From positions 25,420,001-25,484,000 of the forward strand of contig CM022673.1 of assembly GCA_012295275.1 (NCBI GenBank): DNA of 64,000 nt, given 5' to 3'. A program made the translations under genes and the position numbers. The notes below the pieces were generated by a model, which saw nothing but the letters and a program-made list of their open reading frames with translations, made no database searches and was not told the DNA's origin. Position 1 is the first letter of the stretch. Each line of letters begins with the position of its first letter. Below are positions 11,464 to 24,490 of the stretch, piece by piece. The stretch is from Chrysomallon squamiferum (lineage: Eukaryota; Animalia; Mollusca).

Positions 11464-14036
11464 ACGTACGTAATAAGAAAAAAAAACCTAACACACATAT
11501 TTACAATAAACATAAAATACACGTATGAACGCATACACATTACATTCACATAAGCGTTGGGACAAATACATACACACAATAAAAAAATATCTAACTTTGC
11601 AGAGTGCTCTGCCGAAGAGGTAAAATGTTCGGACAGCAGCTGTATTTCCAGAGATCAGCTATGTAAAGGTATACCAGGCAGCGTATGTACATTAGACGAC
11701 TATAATATACATTGCAGTAAGTATCATTTATTAACCAGTACTATGTCACTATGACTTAGCTTGACAATATATATTTAAACATCTATTCATTACTCCCACA
11801 AGCATTTCACTAAATCGTTTATTCAACGGTGTATTTTAAACCTTCAGTAAGCCACAAGGTGTGACAATATTATTCACAAGATCAGTCTTCCGTATGATGG
11901 ATATTTCCCGTTAGAGCTGGTGGCTCAAGATTTGGTATTGCCATTTATAGACGAAGACTAATTTTGTGGCTAATTTTGCTATTTTAAGCAATTTTTTAAC
12001 ATAAATAAATAAATAAATAAAATGCTTTTTTTTTTGTTTCTTCTTTTTGTGACACTCAGAATATTCAATATTTAATTTGTTGAGATGCTTTTTAATAAAT
12101 ATTTATTTATACATTAATTACTTATTTAAATACATTAACATCTATGAGTAATCAAGCTTATTTGACTTCAACAGATGAGTTAAACATTTCTTGCGTCTCA
12201 TTTAATTTTATTTTTCGTATCATTTCCTGTACCCAAAACGCTTCTCATTATGCCGCAATTATTTTTATCCGTCTAACAGGATCTTCCTTTTTTGTGTGTG
12301 TGTGTGTAAAATAAAAAAATAAGAACATGAATTAAATTTAATATTATATACTCTAACAAAAAAGAAACGCAAAAGTCGATTTTATTGACATTGGAAATAT
12401 CTATCTAATGGATCAACAGAAAGCAGCAGAATGTTCACATTTTACACACACTTTCGCAATTCATTAATATTGATGGTATACATTGAAAAAGTTAAAGTTC
12501 AAGGCTATAACAGTATAATATCAATACATTGTGTGCCCACCATGGGAGTTCAGAACTACCTGACATCTCCTTCCCATGGCAGTAATGACATTACGAATTA
12601 CACCTTGTGGAATGGTGGCCCACTCTGTCTGAAGGAATAATGCCAACTGAGCACGATTCTGTGGCTGTGGTTGATGCTGCCTCAGTCGTCTATCCAACTC
12701 GTCCCATAAATGCTCTATAGGGTTCAAATCTGGAGATTTAGAGGGCCAGGGCAGGACCTGAATGTTATTGTTGTGTAGGTACGCTGTTGTGATTTTGTTT
12801 GTATGTAGTCTCGCGTTGTCGTGCTGGAATACAGCGTTACCATTATTCATAATTGAGCGACATGTGGCTGCAAAATTTCATCTCGGTATCTCTGTGCCGT
12901 TAAGTTGCCTTGGATGTGAACCAGGTTGGTCCAGCCAGTGTATGAGATTGCTGCCCACACCATCACACTACCACCGCCAAATCTGTCCGCTTCCTATATG
13001 CCGTTTGCAGCAAAACGTTCACCACGACGTCTGTAAACTCGACATCTTCCATGAGCTCGACGAAGCAGAAATCGAGCCTCGTCACTAAACCCGACAGTTC
13101 TCCATCGTAATTGAGGCTAGACTCTGTGCACTCGACACCACTGACGTCGTAGTCGACGATGTTGTTGAGGCAAAATCACTCTTCTTACAGGCCGTCTGGC
13201 TCGAATACCTGCCTCTCGTAAACGGTTGCGCACTGTCTAAGCCGATATTCTACGCAGACCTGGTATTGCTGAAGCAGTAGAGGCTGCCGTGATGGTTCTT
13301 TCCCGTATATGAAGTGCCCGTATGTAGCGGTCCTGGGCCCCGGTGGTTACACGTGGTTTACCTGATCTGGTACGGTCACGTGTTGTTTGGTGTTGCTGGA
13401 ACCGATACGACGGTGGTGCTTGGGGATATATGGAACACCCGGGCTACGGCCGAGAAGGATTCGCCAGCTTGTAAACGGCCGAAGGCGTTGTTTCGTTGCG
13501 GTTCACTCAGTCGTGGCATTTATTTGATGTTGGGTCAGAACAAAACTAACGAACAGAAGTATTCGAAATCCTTGCATTTTTATAACCATCGTATTTCAAA
13601 GTTTCATGTGCCGTACGTGCACATGCATTGGTAACGTGGTTTGCATGCGGAGACGTTTTGGCTAATAAACACGATCATAGCCTTTATTTTGTGTTACCTG
13701 CTTTTTGGCGCCTGTAACAAAAGCTATATGTTTGAATCACCAAATGTCATTGTATTAATAGTTTGTACAGCGATATGTGTCAGTTTACAATAGTTATCTA
13801 AGAAAGCAACCATTTTGAGTTTCTTTTTTGGGAGAGTATATATTATTTGCGAACTACATAAGCAGATTTACATAGTTTAACCTTTTGCTAAAACACAGTT
13901 TCATTTGGTATTATTGTATTAAAGCCTGAATAGATGACATCATAAGTTATTTTCTTTTTCAGATTCTGCCGTTGTTTTGTCATCAACACTTGGATTGTTT
14001 ATGGCTATTTGCTCTGTAATCTTCCAACTGTTTTAA
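8983..14036 (+). CDS. Small secreted, probably GPI-anchored Cys-rich protein: signal peptide + 2 pacifastin-like/half-VWC modules + LDLa-like module + GPI signal (~174-184 aa; exon 2 apparently frameshifted)
   Basis: Exons, all phase-1 junctions: 8983-9049 (MDVKRWVLLTFVYFFIVLASGN); 9707-9840 (ECRIGCYFNNTLYTVNEIFNDGCNNCQCTEKGAVC..., alternative donor after 9811); 10735-10899 (AELGCFCGEFYPVGKTFVHSDGCNKCTCGSSGVICSKMYCEQNPEERLLLPVTT); 11603-11716 (ECSAEEVKCSDSSCISRDQLCKGIPGSVCTLDDYNIHC); 13963-14036 (NSAVVLSSTLGLFMAICSVIFQLF*). Confidence 0.8.
9533..9603. repeat. (CT)n microsatellite
   Basis: Pure CT run of ~70 bp in intron 1 of the Cys-rich gene. Confidence 0.95.
11161..11263. repeat. Short imperfect inverted repeat, possible MITE relic
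   Basis: gaagtgacgtcatcgcatac (11161-11180) is approximately the reverse complement of gtatacgatgatgtcacgacttc (11241-11263). Confidence 0.45.
12349..13838 (-). mobile_element. Tc1/mariner superfamily (DD34E, Tc1-like) DNA transposon, full length, inactive
   Basis: TIRs of ~26 bp: TACTCTAACAAAAAAGAAACGCAAAA (left) and TACTCTCCCAAAAAAGAAACTCAAAA (right, reverse complement). Flanked by TA at 12347-12348 and 13839-13840. Length 1490 bp, inside the last intron of the Cys-rich gene. Confidence 0.95.
12521..13519 (-). pseudogene. Tc1 transposase pseudogene
   Basis: Reads MPRLSEPQRNNAFGRLQAGESFSAVARVF... (HTH), RSGKPRVTT, WRTVGFSDEARF (first D), GGGSVMVWAAI, FQHDNARLH-...-WPSKSPDLNPIEHLW with exactly 34 residues between D and E. 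At least three in-frame TAG stops plus frameshifts. Confidence 0.93.
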
Positions 14037-14100
14037 CCTAGTTCTTGATGGGGATTTTTTTCCGGTGTCTTACAAATAGACTATATAAATATGTATATAA

Positions 14101-14148
<48 letters not shown>

Positions 14149-14299
14149 TACCAGTACTAGTATCAATTTATTAATTAAAATATTTATTTTCATCAATTGT
14201 ATTGATTTATTCATTGTTTTATTAATTTATTTTTTTATAATAATTTTAATTACTGTTTAATATTGATTTTTAAAATCTGTTTACTATTGCCCTCAATTG

Positions 14300-14745
14300 T
14301 TCAGACCTCGGTTCTCCCGTTTTCGGGATATCCGGAACAAATCTGAAAAAAAATCACAAAATTTGAAATTACCGCCATTTCCCACACGAAACCTTACCTC
14401 TAGGTTCTATTAAAATATTCTGAGTTCAACTATCCCTTACCCAACCCTATCTCAACCCACTTTCCATCGAGGTAAGAGTACATTTTATAATTACACCCAT
14501 AACCATCCTAACCTAACAAACGTCACCCAGTCTAGCCTACATTTTTCTACTGTACATTTTTCTTTGTATGTGCTGTATGAATCTGTTCACTGTTTTTTTG
14601 TCTGTATATTGTTCCTACATTATTGTTTTACTGTATTATATTCCTGTTATGTGTAGTAAAATTTAATGTTTTTGTAAATTTTAGGGTTAATGTGCTTCCT
14701 CCATTAGTGTGTGAAATCGAGGGTAATTTTCAAATCTTTAAAATT
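14300..14745. mobile_element. Degenerate non-autonomous element with sub-terminal inverted repeats (MITE or helentron-associated-like)
   Basis: tttgaaattaccgccatttcccacac (14362-14387) vs reverse complement of 14705-14734 (tttgaaaattaccctcgatttcacacacta). Internal ccaaccct/cctaacctaac-type motifs. No coding capacity. Confidence 0.4.
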
Positions 14746-15236
14746 TAAAAAATTGGGATGAAGACTGTCAATAATGAAGACTGTCTGAAGAAATGTTCAT
14801 TCCAAGAAAAAAAATTGCACACAAATTTTTATTTTATTTATAACAATGGCAATAAGAGATCAATACATTTATAATTATTATTATTATTTATTATTTATTA
14901 TTTTTTTACCCTGTTTATTCTGACAAGTTTTCTGCATAACAAGAAAAGGTTATAAACATATTTGCTTCTGAATATTTTTATTTATTTAATTTCATTATTT
15001 ACGTACTTATTTTATATTTTATTATTGGTGTGTTTGCATATTATGTAAAACAATATGAGGCATTATTATTTGTTATTGGTTTAATATTGACAAATGTCTA
15101 TGTTGTTTGCAACACAATGCATTTTATCCAGTAAAAATTATATTAATACGAAATGTTTAGAATAAAGTTCTAATTGAGTTTTACTGCGTTTTGTTATTTA
15201 TTTATTTATTAATTATTATTATTATTATTATTATTG

Positions 15237-15270
<34 letters not shown>

Positions 15271-16103
15271 TGATGTGCATTGTTTTTATTCGCACATATT
15301 ACATTTTCCACTTTTTAAAAATTTTCGCTTAATTTTTATTTATTTTTTCAAGCCCTCTATTAATAAGTTAGAGAAATTCCTATTGACACCCATCAAAGAT
15401 TCAATTGTAAATATTGTTTAAAGTTAAATGAAAACAACAATAATAATTCAAAATTTTAGAAGAGATAATAAACTTTAAATTACTGAGAAGAATAACTGAG
15501 AATAATTTGTGAAAAATTACAAATAAATAAATATAGGAAAGTACACACAGTAATGTACTTACTGTTTTTCCATTAGTTTTCAATTAACGTTCCAAATATT
15601 TGATGAATGCCTGCTTTTCAAAATGACACCTATTTCAAAACAAACGCTAAAGAAATGCTACCAAAACTATTAAATTTTATTTATTTATTTATTAGCAATA
15701 TTATTATTAAATGAAGAAGAAAAATAATAAAAGGTTATAAAAATTACATACCTAGCTCTAAACATACATTGTTATTGTTGCTGCAGCTTCATTTGTAGAA
15801 ATATTATTATATTATACTAGAAATATTATTTATTTTAACTAGTACAAAATAAAATATACAAAATACTGCTGAATTGAACATGACTTTAAAATTAAAAACA
15901 TTTCATCTATCATCTCTGACAGTGGTATCAAATTGTTGGACATTTTAAAGGGACGTAACTGTTATTAAAACAACCAAATTACGTCACTGAAACGTAATCT
16001 AGTGAGAACTCTTCATATTGGAAATAATCGAATTATTCGATTGCGGTTTTTTTTTCTAGCGATAGAAGAACATTTTCATATCTTGATTTAGTTAACATTA
16101 CGT

Positions 16104-16465
16104 ATGTTAGCACCTTCTCGTAAGAAACAACGAACATCTATTTCCGAGCAGGACAGTTTTGGGACTTCCCAACCAATCGCAAAAAAGCGAAAGCTCGTGA
16201 AAAACCAAACGTAGGTTACAGTTTTGAAAATGTACACAGATCTGACGTAATAATATTATTTTAATTTGAATTTTTGCACCATTCCAAAATAAACTAGAAA
16301 TTTTAATTTATTTATTTGAGAAGGGAAGTAATAAATATTTCTGCAGAAAATAATATCCAGATTTAAAATCCAGTATATATCATCAATCCTCTGCATAATA
16401 AAGTAAAAATACCTTGAAAATAACAATACAAAACACTGGCAATTCAAATGAAAACAAACGTGGCC

Positions 16466-16509
<44 letters not shown>

Positions 16510-18015
16510 TGTGTGTGTGTGTTTTATTATAGATGTACATTTATTATTGTAGTCATAAATCTTGGGATTTTTTTACTACCCGCCAAAAACAAACATTATA
16601 TATCCGATTGAGACTAAAAATGGCATGAATAGTGCCTTTATAGTTAACATAGGATCATTCATAAATATAATTCTATTAAATATAGTTAAAAATTTGACAA
16701 AGAAAAATTTGAATAATACTTATTTATAAAAATTTATATTTGATAAAAATGTTTGATTTTTACTTTTACAGGGAATCTGTTGATCCGGAAATTGGTATTA
16801 AACAACCAAGAACTGAGAAAAGTAATTCATTAAAAATTATTTTTTATGTTTTATTATTCATATTTTTTTTTATTATAATATTTTTTTATTTTTTTATTTT
16901 TTAATATCCTTAATTTCATGCTTTACTTTTGGTTGTATTTTCAATTCCTAAAAATAGCTGGAAATTAAATACTCATAAACAACAAACAATCAATATTGAT
17001 TTCAACTGTCTTAGGACTCTGTATGCCCATATAGCTCAAAATATATTTGTTATTGTTATTTTTATATTATTTTTTTCTTCACATTAGTCTTGAGATGATA
17101 GAAGAAAATCTTTTTCTTTCAGGTGACGGCATAAAGGACATTCCTGATGAAAGACAAAGTACTGTTATTATGCCTGAACCTCTACTTGTTTTTCAAGTTC
17201 CCACATTCAGTGGACATTGTTCAGTTTCACAGGTGTGTGTGTGTATATATATATATGAAATATATACATTTTTTTTTTTTAAGGATAAAAAAATTTGTTT
17301 AGGATGACTGACAATAACTGAAACAATAAAAGAAACAAAAAATATTCTTCCAATTTAAAATGATTATTGAAAAAGCATTGTTTTTCCAACTTTCCTTAGT
17401 ATTAAAAATAATAAATTTTTACTATAATTACCATAATTAATATTTTTTAATATTTTATAACTAAAAATAAAATTTGTTTTAAACAAAAATATTCTTAAAC
17501 AATTTAAAATGATTAATAGAAGACTTTTAAAAATAAAAAATAATTATTTTTCAGTTTAAATCAGCATTTTTTCAAAATTTTAATTAATAATGTTATTTTG
17601 TAAGCTCTATTTCTGCTCTTTATTATTATTAATATTACTTATTAATTTTTTTAATTTATTTTTATTTTTATTTATTTATTTATTAGTTTTTATTTTTTGT
17701 CAGAAGTATCAAAATTTTAAACATTTGTAGAGTAACATGTTATTGTGTGTTTCAGAGAGAATGGCGAATTTTACATGCTAAACGATGTTCCTCAGGTAAA
17801 TTGTTGATATATTATAATACTTGATATACATTACCCTCATCTACATTGTCTCCAAACAAAAAAAAAACCCAAAACAATTATTATATTCTAACAAGATTTC
17901 TACTGTGCAACTAAATAGAAAATTTTGTATTTCTTGAAATCTTGAAAATTTAGCTTTTAGAAAATCTAATATTTATGTTTCTTATGTTAAAATTAGACCC
18001 AAAGCAGAGAATTCA

Positions 18016-18046
<31 letters not shown>

Positions 18047-21000
18047 TTATTTTTTTAAAGGTATGGCTTCACCCAGTTACCAGGTTGCAACTGTAAACAG
18101 TGAACAAGGCATCAGCTACCAAACCTTGTCAAGAGAAACCAACTCAGGCAACAAAATGTTTACAGCAGTAGAGGTAAACCTGACTGAAAATTTGAATTAC
18201 ATCATTCAGTTTTTTCAAGATGTGTTAATTCTTCAAAATAATAATTCAAAAGAACAATTTTGAAAAGGTTTTTTTAAGAAAGAAAATTTATAATGTGAAA
18301 AAAGTTGTATCATGATGTTATGAAGTAATAAAAGGAATACAATAAAGTTTAGACACTGGCATAATGTTAATATTAAGAAGATTTAATATGATGTTAAGTG
18401 TTTTCCAATTAGCTATTTTGTCAATTTACAATTAAGTCTACAGTTATTAATAATTATAAAAATTTATGAGAATACCATCACATAAATATGATTTAAAAAA
18501 ATAATTATATATATATATACATTAGATTAACAGATTTTTATTTAAAACAAAATCCTGCATATTGATAATATATTTTCATTTCAGTGTGTTAACTTGGAGG
18601 AAAGAGAAAGGTACCATCAACTAGTACAACATTATATTTCTAGTGCTATTCCACAAATACTGAAGTGTAATGTTGTATCTGAAACAAAATATTTCATGAA
18701 ATAAAATCTTTGTTCCAAATGGTACGTTATCAATATGTGTGTTACCCTTACAGAAAGTCTTTTTTCGTTTTGCAATATTTCAGTTGATTGATCAAGATAA
18801 GTTTTGTTTTGTTTTGTTTTATTTTGTTTATTTTGTTTATTTTTTGTTAATGAGACTTATTTGAAAAATACTGGTTAATAGCTGATTTTTATTTATTCTA
18901 AAAAATTAAAATATTTTTAAAATATGTATAATTATTAAAATAAACCTGGACCAATTGAAATATACTGAAAACGATACATTTTTTCTAATGTTACAGTTTC
19001 TATGACTATGTATAAAAGAAATGTTTGTTTGTGATTTAGTCTATACTTAGTCTATACTTAGACTGTACTTAAATAAATTGTTATCTTTCAGATTTGGCCC
19101 TTCAGATCAGTTTATTACTGATGAAAGAGACAAACTGAACCAAACATCTCAGTTCAAAGAAGCACAAGAAAGAGTGATAATTTCAAACAAAACCAAAGAC
19201 AAGAATTCTCCGTTACATGTTACAAAGACTTCAACTCTGTCACAACATCCTGTGTGTTCAACATCTGCAGCACTGACAGAGGACAAAGGTTTGTACATAA
19301 TTTTATCTTTTCTGTTTAGATTAAACTGTTTAGTTTTCAAGCAGATACAGTGACCCCTATTTTGTTCTGTTTTTTGGGTTTTTTTTTTTTTTCATTAATG
19401 TGACTAATTTAAGATCATGTTTATCCATCAGATACAAAATGTTACTTAATTATCTTGATGTCTAAAATGAACTGAATCTTCTGGCAACAGTGAAATTTTA
19501 TTTTCCTGCCTCCTTTCAAGATAAATTTTCTTAAATGTTCATAATTTGATAACATCAGGAAATAGTAGCTTTTGGAATTCTAATATTTAGTCATTTTATT
19601 ATAATTTCAGAAGAGTGGTTGCAAATTGCTGAAAAATGTTTATCACCAGAGTAAGTTAATATATATTTACAGATATATATATATAATAAAATTATTAGGA
19701 TATTATTATTTTAAATATTCAGAAAAAATCTAATAGATGTTTGATACTCAGATATTATCTAAATTTGAATATTATTTTTGTTTGGAATTCAGTTCCTTTT
19801 GATAGATAAAATACAATTATTTAAAAATAGACAATTTGCTAGAAAAAATCCTTATTCTTTATAAGACAAAAATTTCATTTATGAATGTTTTATTTTGAAT
19901 TTTTAGATGGCAATTATTTGTAATTGTTATAATTGTTATATATTTTCAGCCAAAGTCCATGTTTTGATTTCCAGTCATCTGCTTATCTTGAAGATGAGTG
20001 GGTGGATGAACTGTAAGTATCTTTCAGTTTCAAATCTCACTTTTTCTAAATAAATAACAGCTCTTCATGGAAATAAACAAATGCTGTTGTTACAGAAATC
20101 ATACTGTTCAAAAAGTACTGGACACTGATTCATTCAGCTCGATGTAATTCATGTGATGTTGTTTTCATATATTTCTGCATGCTACATTTAAATTTCAGAA
20201 GATAACTTAACTAAAAGGTTTTAATAGGGAAATTAGATTTAAAATATATGATTATTATTTTGGTTTTATGATCTGATTAACATTGCAGCAAAATGCATTT
20301 CTCTTCTGAAACCAGAGAGGATGTTGAGAAAACTGAAGAAGCTGAAATTGAAGCAGAAATCTTGGAAGAGAGGGTGAGTTTCTTTAGAATGTAACAATAT
20401 TTATGACTTTGTTAAATCTTACTGTTCAGTTTTAATTATCAGTCAGATGTAACATTATTGTAACTATATTTATAAATTTAGAATATTTAAAAATCTTACT
20501 GTTGTTTGTAATTCGGACAATTATTTGCTGTTTTAAATTTAAACATTTTAAAATTTTCTTTTTCATTTTTTTCAGACAAATGCTGATGATGATGATGATG
20601 ATGATAATTTCAAAATTCTAGAAGAACAACCATATATTTCTTCTGATCTGGAGAAAGAACAAACATGGATACAGCATGAGTTTCCAGGTTTGATATTTTT
20701 ATTTTTATTTATTTTACTTTTTTTTTAAATGTTATTCTTCAACTTTTTAAATGTTTGTGCACCTGTTCTAAATGACATATTCATGTACATAATAATAATA
20801 CATTTTAATTAAAACTATGATTATTCAAATTTTATGTTATTTATTTATTTTTTAAAAATATTGTATCTTATGATTTTCAGTTTGAGAAGAAGAATCATGC
20901 ATATAAAAAACAAAACATTTTGTCATAATTACCCAATGAATGAATAAAATTCTGTTCCCTTTTTAAGTAATTATAGGATATAAATATTGAATCAAATTTA

Positions 21001-23655
21001 TAATTCATTTAAATAATAAAGAAAATATAATTATGATATATATAGATATATACAACTAATAAAAAATAAGAATTTACAATATCACATAGATCTATCTTAA
21101 TTATAAACTGCTTGAATCATTACACTTAATTTTTTCAAAAATATATATAATGTTTTTTTCTTCCAGAACTTACTGCTCAAATGGATAAAGAAATTGATCA
21201 TGCACTAAATTCTGGTCCTCCAGATGAGATCCTTTCTGAGGGATTTCGACTTAAGATCTCTCGTGAAGATATGGCCACTTTGAAAGGATGCAACTGGTTG
21301 AACGATGAGGTGAAATATTCTGATCTTTCATATAAAATATGTCTTCAAAAATAAAAGTAAATTTACAACCAGCCTCTGCCTTTAAATTAAAAAAAATTGT
21401 GAGATATCACAAAGGCTGAGAGAGAAATGTGAAATATTTTATATTTTTAGTTATTGAGCATCTTTTTTATTTTTCCATTCTGACACTTTTAATCAGAACT
21501 TGCTAATATCCGACATTAAGTTAACTGTGACTGCTGTTTTCCAGTAACACAAATATGTAGTGTATCATTTTTCTTCTTTTTTTTTCTCTCCTAGATCATC
21601 AATTTTTACATGAATTTGATTATGTCGAGATCTGAACAACAGGGCAAACCCAAGGTCTATGCTTTCAACACTTTCTTTTATCCAAAACTGCTGAGGAGAG
21701 GCCATGCATCTGTCAAACGCTGGACACGAAAGATTGACATTTTCAGCTTCGATTACCTGGTCATCCCTGTTCATTTAGGAGATCACTGGTGTCTGGCTGT
21801 AAGTATCTTGTTTGTTCCTGTTGTGCTCATGTTTATTTTCAAACACTTCATTTGATACCCTAGCACAAAGACAGATTTAAATCAAACATATGTTGAATTT
21901 AATTAATTAAAAGTGTCTATGTACACAATTGAGAATTTCCTTCATTCAAAAATGCCACCAGATGAAATTTCAGCTAAATTCAAAATAAAACTTTGTTTCC
22001 CCATCCTATTCTAAACCTGTTGCATTAGTTACTGTTAGGTTGGATACTCCAATAATAGACTTTCTTCAGACTGTGTGTAAAATCACTTAGCAGCTAAGTG
22101 GGTTCAAAGAAATGAGAAAAATGTTGACCTGACCCTTTCATAGACTGGTTTTGTTAATCACTGATCATTTAATCTTCAAGTGAAATGATTTCTCTTATTT
22201 GTCATCTGCACTTTTTAGATGGCAACAAATTTTGTATTTTGTTAGTTTGTTATATCCAGCTACTCTATTATTATTTTGTTAATCAGTTATATCAGTTTTC
22301 AAAATGGTCCATTTAAAAAAAAAAAAATAAAAATAATTAAAAAGGTTTATTTAAGTATGGTTCTTGCAAACTAGTTTAATTTGAGGCTGTTGCAAGACAT
22401 TTTTTTGTTATGTATTTTTTCAGATTATTGACTTTAAACAAAAAAGACTGCAATACTTTGATTCTATGGGTAATCCCAACATGCAGTGTTTATTTGCTTT
22501 ACGGTATGTTTACTGAAAAGTTTTTTTTTTATTTATTTATCTTATTTATTTACTTATTTATTTATATATTTATTTTATAATGAAAACATAAATTAAATAG
22601 CTTTTTTTTCTCTCTCTATTTTTATGTCCCTGTAATTATTTCTCTTATTGATGTTAGTGATTATTTGAGACATGTTTTGAAATTACAGACAGTATCTGTG
22701 TGATGAAAGCCTGGATAAAAAAAAGCAGGAATTTGATTTAACAGGATGGAGTTGGGATATGGTAGAGGTAAGAGATCAGTCATTCCAGTATTAGTCTGCA
22801 TTAAAATTTAAAACAAATATTTGTATTGATTATAAATAAGTTTTGCAGGCCTGAAAAAATCCAAAAATGAAATTCATATTTTTTCTATTTATTTATTATT
22901 ATTCATTTACTTTCTTTTTTCATTTTATTTATTAATTTATTATTATTCATTTACTTTCTTTTTTCATTTTATTTATTAATTTTTTTCTTTTTCTATGTTT
23001 TTTATTATTATTTGTTTACTTTATTTTTTCATTTTTTTTCATTTATTTGTTATTTTTTCAAACATTTATCAGTACAAAAGATGCAAAATATCAAGATTTT
23101 AGCATTTCACTGTTTTAAAAAGTGTATGGTTATGGTTGTTTGTAGGATATACCACATCAAAGGAATGGATCAGACTGTGGTGTCTTTGCATGCAGATTTG
23201 CAGAGTGCATCACCAGAGAAGCTAAGATTAATTTTACACAGGTAAGTAAAAAAGCAATAAAACTATCAGATAAAATTATCTTAAATTTTAATCATATACG
23301 ACATAATATATACACAAAATACGTTTCTCCAAGATTTCTAATCTTAACCTACAAAGATATGATTAGGAAAAATTCTACAACAAAGATAAAATAGAGCTTT
23401 GATTTCTTAATTTTAAAATAATGTGTCTGGAAACAACATCTTCAGGAAGTGTTCTTTGTACCTACTTGTAGATATATATTTGCTGTAATGTCTTAATAAA
23501 TCCCTCAATTGGAAATTCAGTGATATTAATTTTGTTAACAGATACCAGTTTGAGCCCTGCACATTTAAATATATTTTTATTTTCAGTCACACATGCAATA
23601 CTTCAGGAGACTAATGGTTTATGAAATCCTCAAACAAAAGCTCCTTTCTTTTTAA
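16104..23655 (+). CDS. SENP1: Sentrin/SUMO-specific protease, SENP1/2-like (Ulp1, peptidase C48), ~555 aa
   Basis: Exons: 16104-16210 ([10 protein letters not shown]...[11 protein letters not shown]-like), 16772-16821, 17123-17232, 17756-17795, 18061-18173, 18585-18664 (donor uncertain), 19092-19288, 19611-19650, 19950-20012, 20289-20373, 20576-20687, 21167-21309 (...[14 protein letters not shown]), 21595-21798 (IINFYMNL...FNTFFY...[11 protein letters not shown]...[11 protein letters not shown]), 22424-22503 (YFDSMG), 22689-22767, 23146-23241 ([12 protein letters not shown]), 23587-23655 ([21 protein letters not shown]). Catalytic His/Asp/Cys and oxyanion Gln are present. Confidence 0.93.
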
Positions 23656-24085
23656 GTACAACACATAAATATAAAGCTGTGACTTCAGTAAAGACTGACA
23701 CTATGAACAAGTAATAACTTACACTATTTCAATTATATTTTAGTGTAAATATGTTACTAATAGTATTGAGTAATATAAAAAGAATATTTTCTGTGATAAC
23801 TGAAATAATCTTTATTTATTATTATTTTAAATATTATAATGTTTTATAATTACCTCAGGACCTATTCTATTTAAAATAAAAGGATTTTTTTTTTTTTAAT
23901 TTCTTTATATAATAAAACCCAATAATGTCTGAAAAAAATGGATTCATTTAATGGTGAAAAAATTACATTTATTTAAAAATCTTTCTAAAAGACTTTGTCT
24001 CTTTTTTCTTCTATAATTTCTTCAACAGTTGAAAAAAGTAAAAGATCGTGGCTGTCAAGAAGACCATCAACAAAATAATTTGTTG

Positions 24086-24490
24086 GTTTCAGACACACAT
24101 GCAATGCATCAGGAGATGAATTGTCTACACAAATCCTTAAACAAAATGACAGCATTATGCCAGGATGTCAGGAAATACCAACATCACAGACAAGTAATAA
24201 TTATTTTATTATTTTTAAATACAATTTAATGTGTGTGTGTTTACATACATAGATATATATTTGTACCTGCATGCAGACACCAAAGTGGTGTAAAATATTA
24301 AAAAATACATTTGCATATTAAATTTGAGCCCTGCACATTTATATACTTTTTTTTTTTTTGTGACAGATGATGTGGTTCAGAGGATAAATTGTCAAGAGCT
24401 CTTCAAACAAAAGTTTGTTCACATTTTAAGTGATACACCCAAATATTAAGCCATGACTCCAGGAAAGACCATGAACAAGTAATAACTTAT
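24086..24490 (+). pseudogene. Two degenerate copies of the SENP terminal exon and 3' UTR
   Basis: 24093-24147 (acacacatgcaatgcatcaggagatgaattg...aaatccttaaacaaaa) aligns to 23587-23640. 24322-24490 repeats the last-intron motif tttgagccctgcacattta, then ...tcaaacaaaag... and the UTR motif atgaacaagtaataactt. Both have stops or indels. Confidence 0.75.

Noticed and set aside
12762-13634. Plus-strand ORFs of 108 and 106 aa
   Set aside because: Antisense shadows of the Tc1 transposase.
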